This document shows positions 45,555 through 55,099 of a DNA stretch of 64,000 nt, one piece after another. Origin of the DNA: Dehalococcoidia bacterium (GTDB lineage Bacteria; Chloroflexota; Dehalococcoidia; SM23-28-2; RBG-16-64-32). Both the position numbers and the translations under genes were made by a program. Location: positions 46,829 to 110,828 of the forward strand of contig DATKDX010000057.1 in NCBI GenBank assembly GCA_035512435.1, in the 5' to 3' direction. Numbering within the stretch: position 1 is the first letter of the stretch; each line of letters opens with the position of its first letter. Below the pieces are notes generated by a model, which searched no databases, had not been told where the DNA came from, and worked only from the letters and a program-made list of their open reading frames with translations.

Positions 45555-47882
45555 GTGGCCATCGATCAGTCCGTCCTCGATACCATCGCCCTCTCTCGCG
45601 ACGAGTACGAATCCATCGTTCAGAAGCTCGGTCGCGAGCCCAACGAAGTCGAACTCGGCATGTTCGGCGCGCTGTGGAGCGAGCATTGCGGCTACAAGAA
45701 CTCGAAACCGCTCCTCCGCAAGCTTCCTGCTGAGGGCGCCGTCGTGCTCACCAAGCGCGGCACCGAAAACGCCGGCGCCGTCGACATCGGTGACGGCCTC
45801 TGCGTCGTCATGAAGATCGAGTCCCACAACCACCCCAGCGCCGTCGAGCCCTACCAGGGCGCAGCGACAGGCGTCGGCGGCATCGTACGCGACATCTTCG
45901 CCATGGGCGCCCGCCCCATCGCTCTCCTCGACTCGCTACGTTTCGGCCCTCTCGCGCCTGCCCCCCGGACCAGCGCCCCTACGCGGGACGACGAACCGGA
46001 ATTCGTCGCAGCCACGCCTTCCGTCTCCGCCTCAGGCGAACTCCTGGCGGAAGTGGACGGCGACCAGTACCGCCATAACCGCTACCTGTTCGAAGGCGTC
46101 GTCGCGGGCATCGGCGGCTACGGCAACTGCCTTGGCATTCCCACCGTTGGCGGCGAGGTCTACTTCGAGGATTCGTATTCCACCAACCCGCTCGTCAACG
46201 CCATGTGCGTCGGTTTCGCGCCCATCGACAAGCTGATCACCGCCAAAGCGGAAGGCCCTGGCAACATCCTCATGCTCGCCGGCTCCGCCACTGGCCGCGA
46301 CGGCATCCACGGTGCATCCGGCCTCGCTTCCCGAACCGACCCCGGCGCGCGTTTCGAGGAGATGCGGCCCGCGGTGCAGGTCGGCAACCCCTTCCTCGAA
46401 AAGATGCTGCTCGAAGCCTGCATCGACCTGGCACACAACCACGCCGACTGGATCACCGGCATCCAGGACCTCGGCGCGGCCGGCCTCACCTCGTCTGCCA
46501 TCGAATCGGCCAACCGCGGCGGCACCGGACTCGTAATCGACGTCGCGAAGGTTCCGCGCCGCGAGGAAGGCATGACTCCCTACGAGGTCATGCTCTCCGA
46601 GTCCCAGGAACGCATGCTCATAATCGTCCGCAAGGGCCACGAGGACGACGTCGCGAACCTGTTCGCGCGTTGGGAGGTCGAGACCGCGATTATCGGCCAC
46701 GTTACCGAAGACCGCGTCGCCCACATCATGGACGGCGACGCGGAGGTCGGCACCATGCCGATCGACCTTCTCGTCGAAGCGCCGGAGTACAGTCGCCAAG
46801 GCGTGCCCGATCCGCAACTCTTCGAGATGGAGCAACTCGACATCCTGTCGCTTCCCGATCTGACGGACGCCAACCCCGCCCTCCTTCGGCTCCTCGCCGC
46901 GCCCAACATCACCAGCAAACGCTGGATCCACCGCCAGTACGACCAGAGCGTGCTCAACAACACGGTCGTCAGCGCGGGCGGGGACGCGGCGGTGCTGCGC
47001 ATCAAGGGCACCAGCAAGGGCATCGCCGTGGCCACGGACGGTAACGGCCGCTATTGCCACGTCGACCCCTATCGCGGCGCCTCGATCGCCGTCGCGGAGG
47101 CGGCACGAAACGTCGTCTGCGCGGGCGCGCACCCGGTGGCCGTGACGGACTGCCTCAACTTTGGCAACCCGGAACGCCCGCACGTCTACCACCAGATGCA
47201 GGCCGCCGTGCACGGAATCGCCGAGGCCTGCGAAGCGCTCGGCACGCCCGTCATCAGCGGCAACGTCTCGCTCTACAACGAGACCGGCGACCAGCCGGTC
47301 TACCCGACGCCGGTTATCGGCATGCTGGGCATCCTGGACGACGTGACGCAGCACTGCACCATGGCGCCGACGCCCGGCGACCACCTCTTCATGCTCGGCG
47401 CGCAGGTGGAGCAGCCGCTGGACTCCCTCAGCGCCAGCGAGTACCTCCGCATGGAGCACGGCGTCATCGGTGGGCGGCTGCACATTGACCTGCAACTGGA
47501 GGAACGCGTGCAGCGCGCTACCCTGGCCGCCATCCGCCAGGGTATCGCCACTGCAGCACACGACTGCTCCGATGGCGGACTCGCGGTCGCGCTGGCCGAG
47601 ATGTGTCTCGCTGCCGACGCCAGCATCGAGGCGTCCGGCGCCATTATGGGCGCGCGCCTTGACGCGACGCTCTTCGGAGAAGGCCAGTCACGCATTATCG
47701 TCGCCATCAAGATCGAGCGTCGCGCGGATCTTCTGCACATAGCGGAACTGGGCAACGTACCCCTCCAGTACATCGGCGAGGTGACAGAGGGCGATCGTTT
47801 CCGCTTCGGCCCCATCGACCTCGGCCTCCCCGAACTCCGCGACGCCTACGAAGGCGGCCTCGAGCGCGCGCTGGCGGGTTGA
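45555..47882 (+). CDS. purL: phosphoribosylformylglycinamidine synthase subunit PurL
   Basis: 775 aa; N-terminal LGMFGALWSEHCGYKNSK, two PurM-like halves. Confidence 0.9.
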   Translation: MAIDQSVLDTIALSRDEYESIVQKLGREPNEVELGMFGALWSEHCGYKNSKPLLRKLPAEGAVVLTKRGTENAGAVDIGDGLCVVMKIESHNHPSAVEPYQGAATGVGGIVRDIFAMGARPIALLDSLRFGPLAPAPRTSAPTRDDEPEFVAATPSVSASGELLAEVDGDQYRHNRYLFEGVVAGIGGYGNCLGIPTVGGEVYFEDSYSTNPLVNAMCVGFAPIDKLITAKAEGPGNILMLAGSATGRDGIHGASGLASRTDPGARFEEMRPAVQVGNPFLEKMLLEACIDLAHNHADWITGIQDLGAAGLTSSAIESANRGGTGLVIDVAKVPRREEGMTPYEVMLSESQERMLIIVRKGHEDDVANLFARWEVETAIIGHVTEDRVAHIMDGDAEVGTMPIDLLVEAPEYSRQGVPDPQLFEMEQLDILSLPDLTDANPALLRLLAAPNITSKRWIHRQYDQSVLNNTVVSAGGDAAVLRIKGTSKGIAVATDGNGRYCHVDPYRGASIAVAEAARNVVCAGAHPVAVTDCLNFGNPERPHVYHQMQAAVHGIAEACEALGTPVISGNVSLYNETGDQPVYPTPVIGMLGILDDVTQHCTMAPTPGDHLFMLGAQVEQPLDSLSASEYLRMEHGVIGGRLHIDLQLEERVQRATLAAIRQGIATAAHDCSDGGLAVALAEMCLAADASIEASGAIMGARLDATLFGEGQSRIIVAIKIERRADLLHIAELGNVPLQYIGEVTEGDRFRFGPIDLGLPELRDAYEGGLERALAG

Positions 47883-47968
47883 TTCGCCACATCAGTCTGA
47901 GGCGGGCCAGGATGGATACAATGTTGAAGCCATGTCCGTTGTCAGTTGAACTAGGGCGATAGCGTTCC

Positions 47969-49513
47969 GTGCAAACTCGATGTCTATCTTGCGGGGAGCT
48001 ACTCGCAGGCGTCGCTCAGCTATGCGAAGCCTGTGAGGCACGTGAGAACGCCCACGTAGCCATACCCCAACCGGCAGAGCGGCCGACGCCTGCTCCAGCC
48101 GAATCGGACACGTCCGAGCTCGTAATCAATCTTGCCTTCGTTGCCATCATCACCAGCCTGGTCCTCGGCGCCGCCGTCTGGCTGATCGCCTTGGGTGGCG
48201 CAAGCACCCTGGGCTTGAGCGGGAACGGCGACGGGCCAGAAGTCGTAATCGCGACCGGAACGCAAACCCCGGTGACCTCCCTTGTGCCACTAGGATATGA
48301 GACCGGTGACTGTGAGTTCGCTGCGCCGGACGGCGTGACGGTGGAATGCGGATACCTGACGGTCCCCCAGGACCGCGCCCAGCCCGATTTCGGCAGGGTG
48401 CGTCTGCCGGTCGCCGTCTTCAAGTCGCAAAGCGCTGAGCGCAAGGCTGACCCCATCGTATATCTGGATGGAGGGCCCGGCGGCGACACACTCGAAGGGA
48501 TCGAGTTTCTTTACCCGGCGCTTGAACCGCTTGCAGCGAACCGCGACCTTATCGTCTTCGATCAGCGCGGAGCAGGCGGATCCGTTCCCTCCCTAGCCTG
48601 CCCCGAAGTCACCAACATCAACTACGATCACATCCTCCGCCAATTCTCGATCGACGAAAGAGTAGCCCAGGATGAGGCTTCAGCCAGAAGCTGTTACAAC
48701 CGGTTGGTGGAGTCCGGCATCGACCCCACATTAGCCAGGAGCGCCGAGAGTGCCGCGGACGTCAATGACCTGAGACAGGCGCTCGGGTACGAGCAGTGGA
48801 ATCTCTACGGCGTTTCCTATGGCACAAAGCTGGCCCTGACTGTCATGCGCGACTTTCCAGAGGGTGTGCGCAGCGCCGTCCTCGATTCCGTCTATCCGCT
48901 GCAGTCCGACCTGTATTCGGAGCATCAGGCCGGCTTCGACCGCGCGTTGGGTGTCCTGTTCGAGTCGTGCGCCTCGGCCCCATCGTGCAGTAGTCCTTAC
49001 CCGGAGTTGGAACAGGCCTTCTATGACACAGTCGATCGGCTGAACGAGATCCCGGTCCAGTTTTCGATCGGTAGCATTACCGGTAGATCGCGGATAACTG
49101 CGACGATCGATGGGGTCTGGTTCAGCGCCTTCGTCTTCTCCGCCCTCTACTCAGAGGATCTGATCGCGCTACTGCCGAAGATGATCTTCGACACCAGGGA
49201 TCATAATTATCAACTGCTGAAGATCGTCGCTGATTTGCACCTGCAGGACATACAGTCCTTCAGCCAGGGCATGTACTTCTCGGTTCAGTGCGCTGAAGAG
49301 GCCCCGTTCACAGACCGGGAGGCGGTGGTTGCCGCGGCCGAAGCACACCCAAGACTGTCTGAATTCAGCGAGTACGCTGCACGATCCATATTCGCCTCCT
49401 GCGACGAGTGGCAGGCGCCCCCAGCACCCGCTAGCGAGAACGAGCCGGTGAACAGCCCTGTGCCGGCCCTTGTGCTGGCCGGGCAGTTCGATCCCATCAC
49501 ACCGCCGGAGTGA
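47969..49513 (+). CDS. membrane-anchored S33-family (TAP/proline-iminopeptidase-like) alpha/beta hydrolase with N-terminal Cys4 zinc-ribbon; reading frame interrupted by in-frame TGA (homology continues to 49698)
   Basis: CLSCG…CEAC then TM helix then hydrolase; after the TGA at 49511-49513 the same frame encodes GRLAAEGLDNSYFFEFPGLGHGV… i.e. the conserved C-terminal His-containing segment; stop replaces expected Trp (TPPEW). Confidence 0.6.
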   Translation: MQTRCLSCGELLAGVAQLCEACEARENAHVAIPQPAERPTPAPAESDTSELVINLAFVAIITSLVLGAAVWLIALGGASTLGLSGNGDGPEVVIATGTQTPVTSLVPLGYETGDCEFAAPDGVTVECGYLTVPQDRAQPDFGRVRLPVAVFKSQSAERKADPIVYLDGGPGGDTLEGIEFLYPALEPLAANRDLIVFDQRGAGGSVPSLACPEVTNINYDHILRQFSIDERVAQDEASARSCYNRLVESGIDPTLARSAESAADVNDLRQALGYEQWNLYGVSYGTKLALTVMRDFPEGVRSAVLDSVYPLQSDLYSEHQAGFDRALGVLFESCASAPSCSSPYPELEQAFYDTVDRLNEIPVQFSIGSITGRSRITATIDGVWFSAFVFSALYSEDLIALLPKMIFDTRDHNYQLLKIVADLHLQDIQSFSQGMYFSVQCAEEAPFTDREAVVAAAEAHPRLSEFSEYAARSIFASCDEWQAPPAPASENEPVNSPVPALVLAGQFDPITPPE

Positions 49514-49766
49514 GGCCGCCTGGCCGCGGAAGGCCTCGACAACAGTTACTTCTTCGAGTTCCCCGGCCTGGGCCACGGTGTAGCGCTGGGCGATGAATGC
49601 CCGGCTCAAATCACACTCGACTTCCTCGAAAATCCTCAGCAACCGCCGCCGAGCCAATGCCTGGCGAGTCTGACTGGACCGTCATGGCTCTCGTTCTGAG
49701 CGCGGCCTCCCTGTCCTGACACGGCCCCATCCCCAACCTTGACAGCTTCCCGCCCGTGCCTAACAC

Positions 49767-51012
49767 TTGGGCCACACCCCGGAGGGAGGCAGCATCATGG
49801 TCGCCGAACGCAAGCAGGGACACGATTGGGCCATCGACTACGATATCTTCGACCCGGATTATGTCCGCGATCCCTATCCCATCTGGGATGACCTGCGTCA
49901 GCAGTGCCCCATCGCCCACACTGAGCGCTGGAGTCGTTCGTGGCTCCCCACCCGCTATGCTTGACGTTTTCGACATCGCCCAGGACCACGAGCGCTTCTC
50001 CTCACGCTCAATCACCGTTACGCCCGTCCCGCACGAACAAGCCGCCGCCGCCGACTACGGCATCAAGGCGCTACCGATATCTGTCGATCCGCCGGTCCAC
50101 ACGTGGTCGCGCAAGCTGTTGCTACCCGCGTTCAACCTGCAGTCCATGCAGAAATGGGAGCCCGTCACCCGCGACCTCTGCCGCTCGCTCGTCGACGGCT
50201 TCGTCAACGCGGGCCGCGCCGACGCTGCGGCCGGGTACGCCCAGCAGATACCCGTGCGTGTCATCGCCGGCATGCTCGGCATCCCCGCCGACATGTCTGA
50301 CACCTTCACGGACTGGGTGCGCGGCGTCCTCGAGATCGGTTTGACAAACCCCGAAGTGCGCATCGCCTCGCGCGCGAAGATCATCGGTTTCTTCCGCGAG
50401 TGCATCGCCGAGCGTCGTATCAACCCCGGTGACGACTTGATAAGCGAGATGCTGGCGGCAGAGGTCGATGGTGCGCCCGTGGCCGACGACGACATCATCG
50501 GTATCTGCACGCTACTCCTCGTCGCCGGAATCGACACGACGTGGAGCGCCATCGGCTCCTCACTCTGGCATTTGGCCACGCACGCGGACGACCGGCACCG
50601 CCTCGCCGCCGATCCCACGCTCATGGGCACCGCCGTCGAAGAGTTGCTGCGCGCCTACGCCCCCGTCACCATGGCTCGCATCGTCGCCGAAGACACCGAA
50701 GTCGCAGGCTGCCCGATGAAGGCCGGCGACCGCATCCTCATGGCTTTCCCGGCCGCCAACCGCGATCCCGAGAAGTTCCCCGATGCAGACAAGATCCTGC
50801 TGGACCGCCAGAAGAACGCGCACATCGCCTTTGGCGTCGGCATCCACCGCTGCGTCGGCTCCAACCTGGCGCGCATGGAAGTGCGGGTGGCGCTTGAGGA
50901 ATGGATGTCCCGCATCCCCGACTTCTGGATCGAAGACTCCAACGATGTGACGTGGGCTGGTGGGCAGGTACGCGGACCGCGCTCGTGTGTGGTGGTCTTT
51001 CCGGCGGCCTAG
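49767..51012 (+). pseudogene. cytochrome P450 with +1 frameshift near codon ~65
   Basis: N-terminal P450 segment (DPYPIWDDLRQQCPIAHTERWSRSWLPTRYA*) in one frame, remainder (DVFDIAQDHERFSSR … FGVGIHRCVG heme loop) in the +1 frame; a single extra T near 49961-49962 restores WLPTRYADVFDIAQDHERFSS. Confidence 0.6.
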
Positions 51013-52346
51013 CGCCAGCTCACCTGGTACACGCGGACCGGGTCCTCGAACCCCTTCGCCACGAACTCCCCGCGATCCGCGAAAAGGAACCCCTTGCCGG
51101 AACAGAGGCCGCGCACCGTGTCGGCTACGAGTATCTCGCCGCCCTCGGCTTTCGCGGCAATGCGGGCGGCGAGGATGACCGTCTCACCGAAGAGGTCGCC
51201 GTCTTCCTGGATCGGCTCGCCTGCGTTGAGGCCGACGCGTACGTGAAGCGGTTCATCGGAGGAGCGTTTAGCGAAGGCGCGTTGGAGGTCGATGCCGCAC
51301 TCGACGGCCTTGGTCACAGACGTGAACGCAGCCATGAAGCCATCCCCCATCGTCTTTACCTCGGAGCCGTTGTGAGCCTTGAGGACATCCCGTGTGACCT
51401 GCTCGTGCTCGCGAAGCACGGCGCGGCCCCTCGCGTCGCCGAGGCGATGCATCATCTCCGTGTGACCCACGAGGTCAGTAAAGAGGATCGCGCGGAATCC
51501 ACCGTCGGAGGAGGTCGGCGCCGGATGCTGGACGGGCTGTGATTCCCGGATGAAGTCGGCGATGATCTTGCTGCCCTCGAGGATCGCGTCAAGGGGCGGA
51601 ATGTGGCCGCCCTTGAGGGAGACGAACCTCGCGCCCTTGATGCCAGCTGCTACTTCCTGCGCGAACTCAAATGGCACGACCCTGTCGTCGCGATTGTGGA
51701 CGACGAGTGTCGGGCACTTGATGGCAGGGAGCAGCGGACGGACATCGATGTCGGCGGCGGCGCGCAGGATCTTGTAGGCGTCCTCCGCATTGGCGCCGGA
51801 ACGCTGGTAAGCGCCGAAGGCTTCGGGGGTCATGAACGACTCGCCTTCGCCGATGAAGAGTTCGGAGAGTAGCTTGGATGCGAGGCCCCATTCAGCCTTG
51901 AGTATGGTGAAGACGCCGTCTTGAATATCCTTTGATCCTGCCAGTCCCGCGCCATTCGCGTAGGAGCCGGAGATGACGAGGCGTGGCACCATGTCAGGAT
52001 GCCTGGCGGCGAAGGCGATGGCGATCGGACCGCCCTCGGAAAGGCCACCGAGCGCGAAGGTGTCCAGCCCCAGATCTTCGATGACAGCTTCGATGTCCAT
52101 GATGCGGGCGTCAAGGGAATAGTCATCGAGGTTGCGGCTGGAAAGGCCTGTACCGCGCTTGTCGAGGGTGACTCGCATGATCCCCTCATAGGCGTCAAAC
52201 ACGCCGAGGCCACCAAGCATCTGGTTGTCAATTTCCAGATTGCTGATCCATCCAGGCACGAAAACGTACGGTGTTCCCTCCCCGTTTACGGAATAGGCAA
52301 TGCGCACGCCATCAGGGGTGGTTACATAGCGGACTTGACCAGCCAT
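51009..52346 (-). CDS. alpha/beta-hydrolase + class III nucleotidyl cyclase fusion (LipJ-like), paralog 2
   Basis: MAGQVRYVTTPDG…; retains GLSEG nucleophile elbow; cyclase motifs ILFTDLVGHTEM, KTMGDGFMA. Confidence 0.8.
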   Translation of the reverse strand: MAGQVRYVTTPDGVRIAYSVNGEGTPYVFVPGWISNLEIDNQMLGGLGVFDAYEGIMRVTLDKRGTGLSSRNLDDYSLDARIMDIEAVIEDLGLDTFALGGLSEGGPIAIAFAARHPDMVPRLVISGSYANGAGLAGSKDIQDGVFTILKAEWGLASKLLSELFIGEGESFMTPEAFGAYQRSGANAEDAYKILRAAADIDVRPLLPAIKCPTLVVHNRDDRVVPFEFAQEVAAGIKGARFVSLKGGHIPPLDAILEGSKIIADFIRESQPVQHPAPTSSDGGFRAILFTDLVGHTEMMHRLGDARGRAVLREHEQVTRDVLKAHNGSEVKTMGDGFMAAFTSVTKAVECGIDLQRAFAKRSSDEPLHVRVGLNAGEPIQEDGDLFGETVILAARIAAKAEGGEILVADTVRGLCSGKGFLFADRGEFVAKGFEDPVRVYQVSWR

Positions 52347-52370
52347 GGCCCGAATTCTACCGCATACAGC

Positions 52371-53207
52371 TCAAGAGAACGTTGGCGCCCGCTTCTCCCG
52401 AAACGCCGTCACGCCTTCCCGTGCGTCCTCGTGGTGGTCCGAGACCGCCGTCTTCGCTGCGATGTCGTCCAGCGCGTGCGCCCACGTCTGCTCCGCCGCG
52501 TTGTAGAGACTACGCTTCAGCAGCCGAATCGCGATCTGTGGGCCTGCAGCGAACTCGCGGGCGAGTTCCGTCGCGCGCGTCATCAGCCGGTCCGGCTCAG
52601 CTACGTCATGCACCAGACCCAGCGCCAGGGCCTCCTCGCCGGAGACAATGCGGTTGCGCATGAAGAAGTCCAGCGCGCGGGGCAGGCCCAGCATCTGCAC
52701 GATCAGCCAGTGGCCACCCTCGTCCGGCATCAGCCCAAAGCGCAGCGTCCCTGATCCAATCCGGGCCTCCGTCGACGCGATGCGGAAATCACACGAAAGC
52801 GCCAGAGACATCCCGGTCTGGATCGCAACGCCGTTCACCGCTGCAATCGTGATCTTGTCCAGTTGGCGCACCGCAGTGTTCAGCGTCTGCGAAAGCACTC
52901 GCAGTCCCTCGTACGTCCCGATTGGCGTATCGTGCCCCGTCCCGATGTCCGGCATCAGCGCCGTGGCACCCGTCCCACCGAGCGGCCGCCCCGTGATGTC
53001 ATCCCCCGCGGAGAACGCGCGCCCGGAGCCCGTCAACACCACCACACGCACGGCATCGTCCATCTGCGCCTGGCTCAGGATCTCGATAAGGTCTCGCTTC
53101 AGCCCTTGCGTCATCCCGTTCAGCCGGTCCGGCTGGTTCAGCGTGACAAGCGCGATGCCGGGCGGTTCGAGCGTGACTTCAAAGCCGCGAAAGTTGCCGG
53201 TCTGCAT
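52371..53207 (-). CDS. enoyl-CoA hydratase/isomerase (crotonase) family protein
   Basis: crotonase fold motifs (VVLTGSGRAFSAGDDI…). Confidence 0.8.
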   Translation of the reverse strand: MQTGNFRGFEVTLEPPGIALVTLNQPDRLNGMTQGLKRDLIEILSQAQMDDAVRVVVLTGSGRAFSAGDDITGRPLGGTGATALMPDIGTGHDTPIGTYEGLRVLSQTLNTAVRQLDKITIAAVNGVAIQTGMSLALSCDFRIASTEARIGSGTLRFGLMPDEGGHWLIVQMLGLPRALDFFMRNRIVSGEEALALGLVHDVAEPDRLMTRATELAREFAAGPQIAIRLLKRSLYNAAEQTWAHALDDIAAKTAVSDHHEDAREGVTAFREKRAPTFS

Positions 53208-53320
53208 GGGCGTGCCTCCTTTGCGGGCTGATTATACGCGCGCCGTACTCGCAATCTGCGCCACATGTCCAGCGCATGCACGATAATATGCGGTGATGCG
53301 ACGGCTGGAGTGATCGCTGC

Positions 53321-55099
53321 ATGACTAACGACCAAATCGTTGTCTTCGCCACGCTGTTCGGGACGCTGGTCTTCTTTGTCTGGGGCCGCTGGCGCTATGA
53401 CATCGTTGCCCTGCTGGCCTTGCTCACGCTCGTTCTGGCCGATATCGTGCCCGCTGGCGACGCCTTCAGCGGCTTCGGGCACCCTGCCGTCGTTACCGTG
53501 GCCGCGGTCCTGGTCGTCAGCCGTGGACTGTTCGAGTCAGGTATCGTCGATCACATCGCGCGCCGGCTGTCCGGCCTCGCAAGCCGCCCCTCAACGCTCG
53601 TCCCCGCCGTGACCGTCCCTGCCGCAGCGTCGTCTGGATTCATGAACAACGTGGGAGCGCTAGCACTCTTCCTGCCGGTCGCCATCAACCTCGCCCGCAA
53701 GAGCGGCACACCGCCCTCCACCGTCCTTATGCCGCTCGCCTTCGGTTCCCTTCTCGGTGGCCTCACCACTCTCATCGGCACCCCGCCCAACGTCATCATC
53801 GCCACCTTCCGCGCCGAGGAGAACGGTGAAGCTTTCCGCATGTTTGACTTCACACCGGTCGGCGGCGGCATCGCCCTCGCGGGTCTCCTCTTCATCTCGC
53901 TCGTTGGCTGGCGCCTCGTTCCCCAGCGCAAAGGTGAAGCTTCCGGGTCCGATCTCTTCGAAGTCGAAGACTACATCACCGAAGTCGAGGTGCCCGAGGA
54001 CTCGAAGGCCGCCGGTAAACCAATCCGCGAACTCGAAAGCGAAGAAGGCGCAGGCGTTACCGTCGCCGCAATCATCCGCGAGGGCCGGACTCAGTCGGCG
54101 CCGCCCTCCTGGGAGATACTCCACGCGGGCGACGTCCTCGTCGTTACCGGCGACACCGAGATCATCGCCACTCTCGTCCGTGATAGCGGCCTCCAACTCG
54201 TCGGAGACCAGGAAATCGACAAGGAGTTGCTCACTTCCGGCGACGTCAGCGTCGTCGAAGCCGTCGTACGGCCGGACTCGCCGATCGAAGGGCGCACCGC
54301 GATCGGCCTCAACCTGCGCCGGCGGTTCGGCGTCAACCTCCTCGCGATCAGCCGCCAGGGCGTGCGGCCGCCCCAGACCAGGCTGGGCCGGACCGCCTTC
54401 CGCCGCGGCGACGTCCTGTTGATGCAGGGTGGCTCCGAGGCGCTGACTGAGATCATGTCCTCGCTGGGGCTCTTGCCGCTGGCCGGGCGAGAGCTGCGTA
54501 TCGGCCCGCCGCAGAAGCTCTTCCTTGCCCTCGCCATCTTCGCCATCGCCATTGCCAGCACGGCCCTCGGGCTCGTCGAGGTGCAGATCGCCCTGGTTGC
54601 CGCCGCCGTTGGCATGATCCTGGTCGGGCTGGTTACGCCACGCATCGCGTACGAGGCCATCGAGTGGCCAATCATAGTCCTGCTCGGCGCTATGATTCCG
54701 GTCGGCGGCGCGCTCCAAACGACGGGCGCGGCCACCGAAGTCGCCGGCCTCATCCTCGAACTCGGCGACGACCTCCCCGTTTGGGTCGCCCTTGCCATCG
54801 TCTTCGTAGCAACCATGTTCCTCTCGGATGTCGTAAACAACGCCGCGGCCGCCGTGCTCATGGCGCCTGTCGGACTCAGCGTCGCCGATGGCGTGGACGC
54901 ATCGGCAGATCCCTTCCTCATGGCCATTGCCATTGGCGCCTCCTGCGCCTTTCTGACTCCGATAGGCCACCAGTCCAATACCCTCGTCATGGGGCCCGGC
55001 GGCTACCGCTTCTCCGACTACTGGCGCCTCGGACTGCCACTCGAAGCTATCATCACTATCGTTGCCATACCCCTTATCCTTCTCGTATGGCCACCTTGA
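53321..55099 (+). CDS. SLC13/DASS-family anion transporter with two central TrkA-C domains
   Basis: 592 aa, N- and C-terminal TM bundles flanking cytoplasmic TrkA-C-like repeats. Confidence 0.75.
   Translation: MTNDQIVVFATLFGTLVFFVWGRWRYDIVALLALLTLVLADIVPAGDAFSGFGHPAVVTVAAVLVVSRGLFESGIVDHIARRLSGLASRPSTLVPAVTVPAAASSGFMNNVGALALFLPVAINLARKSGTPPSTVLMPLAFGSLLGGLTTLIGTPPNVIIATFRAEENGEAFRMFDFTPVGGGIALAGLLFISLVGWRLVPQRKGEASGSDLFEVEDYITEVEVPEDSKAAGKPIRELESEEGAGVTVAAIIREGRTQSAPPSWEILHAGDVLVVTGDTEIIATLVRDSGLQLVGDQEIDKELLTSGDVSVVEAVVRPDSPIEGRTAIGLNLRRRFGVNLLAISRQGVRPPQTRLGRTAFRRGDVLLMQGGSEALTEIMSSLGLLPLAGRELRIGPPQKLFLALAIFAIAIASTALGLVEVQIALVAAAVGMILVGLVTPRIAYEAIEWPIIVLLGAMIPVGGALQTTGAATEVAGLILELGDDLPVWVALAIVFVATMFLSDVVNNAAAAVLMAPVGLSVADGVDASADPFLMAIAIGASCAFLTPIGHQSNTLVMGPGGYRFSDYWRLGLPLEAIITIVAIPLILLVWPP

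Noticed and set aside
49956-49966. Programmed prfB-like +1 frameshift at GCU-UGA-C in the P450 gene
   Set aside because: The P-site codon GCU cannot re-pair in the +1 frame (CUU) and there is no upstream SD-like stimulator. A simple indel or pseudogene explains it better.
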